A stretch of DNA of 62,150 bases, counting the filler, from Globobulimina sp. (taxonomy: Eukaryota), in assembly GCA_003354225.1 (NCBI GenBank). It is 15 parts of 15 records of this genome, joined end to end, with 100 filler letters (N's around TTAATTAATTAA, not from the genome) between each part and the next. Parts side by side here need not be neighbours in the genome. Positions count along the whole stretch, not along the records: positions 58,106 to 62,150 come from PIVH01001691.1; 14 more parts are not named here. The stretch is one strand, 5' to 3'. Each line of letters begins with the position of its first letter. Position 1 is the first letter of the stretch. A program made the position numbers and the translations under genes. Shown here piece by piece: positions 59,183 through 62,150 of the stretch. The notes beneath the pieces are model-generated. The model was not told the DNA's origin. It was given only the letters and a program-made list of their open reading frames with translations, and made no database searches.

Positions 59183-61069
59183 ATGCCAACGTTTCGGAAT
59201 AAATTAATCAATAAATTAGCATATCAACACGCCAAACATTTATCCGTAATGAAACCACTGAACATAATCAATACAATACACCAATAAATACAACAATGCA
59301 TGTTATCTCAGCATGCAACATTTCGTAATATTTTGTTCGTCGATCGTGCGCACTGAAATCGTAATATATACCACATATAAATAAATATTGTGTAACCAAA
59401 GCGGTAAATCTTCAAAAGCAAACATAATCTTTCAAAAGCAATTTTTTTTGTCATCCATAAAAGGCAGTGATGAATACAAAAATGATGAAGGCGTTGATGA
59501 TTTTTATGGATTCACAACAAATTATATTAAGTTAATTCTTTCAAAAAATGATGAAAATCTGGAAATTGATTCGTTGATAAAACATGTTGCATTGGGTGTT
59601 TTTGCAATTTTTTTTTTTTGTTTATTGTTTAAATTTAGTTTTCTAACCATTTTTGATATTTTCAATTTGTGGGACGCACCGGGTGTGACATTGTGAATTT
59701 ACTGTTAATGGCAATTTTCAAATTGTGAATGGTTTTCATTCTCAGTCCATTCTCAATTTTAACATTTTCATCATGAATGGCACTAAGAGAGTCTGCGCAC
59801 AGAAGGCATTGCACCGGATCGCAGAAATTGAAGATAATAATTTATTCGACGCTATATTGCATTATGGCAGACATTATTACAAAGGCACCGCTGCATTCAA
59901 CTCAAGAAATGAATTAAATCAGTATTCGCAACCAGATATCCATCCAATTAAATATTTTTGGTTACCACGTATTGTATATGAATTAAATGGCGATATTATA
60001 TATATTGTACCTATTATATGGGATGGATTAGATGATTATTGTTACGAGGAGTCATTAGTTAATATTTTGGAAAGTCATTGTGATTTTATACTGGACGAAT
60101 TAAAGAAACACGGAATTATAAAGACATACAACGAAAAGGATTATCGATCGATTATAAAAGAAATAAAAAAATGGAAAAAATTAAAAAAAGAGAAAGTATG
60201 TTTTTTTTATGTTGTTAATATATATATAATATGTTTGTATACAGGAAAGGCATTTTGAGAAAGGCCAATATGTTTTATTGGACAAAATCTCTATACCCTT
60301 CGCAGCCGAAGCACCGATTGGTCGAATACGATTAATTGAAAGATGTAACGCAAATAAAAACATAAATATCATCCATATGAAACAAACAAAGAAAAGAAAA
60401 ATCACACATATTAGAAATACATCGGGTTTTATTGACAGCACAGATATAATTAGAATAATTTCAGAGACAGAGGATATTTATGCTTTGGCCGCACCGCAAC
60501 GCGAATGTTCTATTAATAATAATACAAGCAATGAATATAAAATTGAGAATGATAATAATGAGAAAACCAATGAGAATAATACAACCAATGAGAATAATAC
60601 AACAATAAATAACAATGAGAGGATATCGGAACAACAAATACGTATCGCTGCGTATAAAGAATTTGCCATCAAAAATATACACCAAGTTTTAATATATATT
60701 GCACAGAGAATGTGGGGGAATTTGAGAGAAATTATTAATAAACGTCATGCAAAAAAATCACATTTCGAGAAATATTCATCGGATTTATTTGCCATCGGAG
60801 GATGCGAAGAGTTACAAAGAATATCTCAACAATGTAAACTGGTAAACGGTGTCAATTGGTATCTAAATATCAGTTTGAAATATTTATTACAAATTGTCGG
60901 CGCTGAATTATTAAAACGGAAACAAGGACATAACACATATATGGCTGCTCAAATTGATGCTAAATACGACAAACGATCTCATAAATTAACGATATTTTAT
61001 TTAGTTGCACGAATGGATAATAATGGTATTCCTTGGTGTAATATGCCAATCACATATGAAATTTGGTAA
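59183..61069 (+). CDS. Hypothetical multi-exon protein
   Basis: Intron 60196-60244 joins ORFs 59725 and 60278 in frame. Upstream exons are uncertain. Confidence 0.45.
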
Positions 61070-61389
61070 ATATATATATTAATTAAATGAAATAATGTAT
61101 TCTATTTAAATTAATGTTTGCTGTCACCAACTTGCACATTACTGTCCGGGAATTGTATAAACATATTCTATGGATATAGACGCATAGATTTTTGCTTAAA
61201 ATAACCAATTCTACCGAAGCAAACCAAAGAAAAACAGTTTACAGTGCGAGGATAATATATTTGTTTTCTCGCTTAAATAAGTGGATTAAACGCCATCCGA
61301 CAATGACGATAACGCACATCCTTGCAAAGCACTAACTATTTAATTGAATGTAATGGGATAGCCAATGGTTGTAGTGCATGACAAATAAA

Positions 61390-61857
61390 TTATTGATCAT
61401 AATGGAGTTTATATAACACTTCAAGCAAACAAAGTTCATATTGGAATCGTTGCCAATTATATTCAACTTTTAAATCAATACTATCTTTGTTCAATTTGTT
61501 TAATTGTTTTTGAATTAGCAAATGTGAATTTATAGCAGATTGCAATCTTGTTTGTTCAGATTTTCGTAATGCTCTTCTTTCTTTCCGTTTTCCAACTAAT
61601 TTTATTTGTAATTGATATATTTTATCATTGTCTTGTATTTGTTGTTGTTTGATTATATTATTGTCGATTTTATTCGCAATTGATTCAGTTTTATGTATAC
61701 GTGATTTGAGATAACTGTACACAAACAATTCATCTGACATGTCAAGTGTACTTGGTAAACTAATTACAGTTTTCTTTTCTAAATCTCCGTTTGACATCAT
61801 TTGGCTTTGGCTACAAATTAAAAACAATGTTTGACAACGTACTAGTGACGTAAACAA
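61390..61857 (-). CDS. Hypothetical coiled-coil protein
   Basis: 155-aa ORF only. Confidence 0.35.
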   Translation of the reverse strand: MFTSLVRCQTLFLICSQSQMMSNGDLEKKTVISLPSTLDMSDELFVYSYLKSRIHKTESIANKIDNNIIKQQQIQDNDKIYQLQIKLVGKRKERRALRKSEQTRLQSAINSHLLIQKQLNKLNKDSIDLKVEYNWQRFQYELCLLEVLYKLHYDQ

Positions 61858-62150
61858 GAGAGAGAGAAAGATCTAGATATTGTTTGGATTACAATATATA
61901 ATATAAATATTGGATTACAATATGAAATTTATTATGTTGGTTTTTTCTGTCTGAAATTGCGCGACGACTGAAATCTTTTTCTTTTTACTCTTTTCTTTTT
62001 CAACACCTTAAGCCCGCATCCGTAGTTTGCAATAATTTCTTGCTTTTTTTGACTTGCTGTTGGTCCTTGACAACAAGTCCCGGCTGACTTCCAACTGCTA
62101 ACAGTACTTGCATTTCCAGCTTTAAATTCAGCAAAAGGTGGGTCCGGATA

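Overview
This window is not one locus. It is 15 unrelated contigs of about 4.05 kb each, ordered by decreasing length (4054 to 4045 bp) and joined by 100-bp N spacers that contain TTAATTAATTAA. Gene neighbourhoods across spacers therefore mean nothing. Most of the sequence is AT-rich eukaryotic DNA with short GT-AG introns (mostly about 50-75 nt). An LRGG-A-MQIFV ubiquitin junction points to Rhizaria, probably Foraminifera. Several contigs switch internally to bacterial or phage DNA: a PFOR 3' end with terminator, a CFI-box-CTERM protein, a phage Zn-finger/helicase module and a VOC fragment. These are most simply explained as amplification or assembly chimeras. Recognisable genes include eIF3d, lipoyl synthase, LAMTOR3, CEP44, a DCN1-like protein, an M16 peptidase, a GT31 glycosyltransferase, a P450 fragment and two 2OG oxygenases. 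The most notable observations are: (1) a Ubl-Ub-VWA-UBA-like-Josephin fusion that may be a self-processing ubiquitin polyprotein; (2) a Penelope-like retroelement ending in a hammerhead ribozyme core; (3) an intron-containing Zn-finger/GGDEF family seen on two contigs; (4) an NZF-RING-RING-IBR protein fused to a MYCBP2-type RING; (5) a divergent APE-RT-RNase H LINE with an LMDD motif; (6) a 7TM gustatory-receptor-like channel; (7) several MITE-like repeats. All domain calls come from motif recognition by eye; no database search was run.
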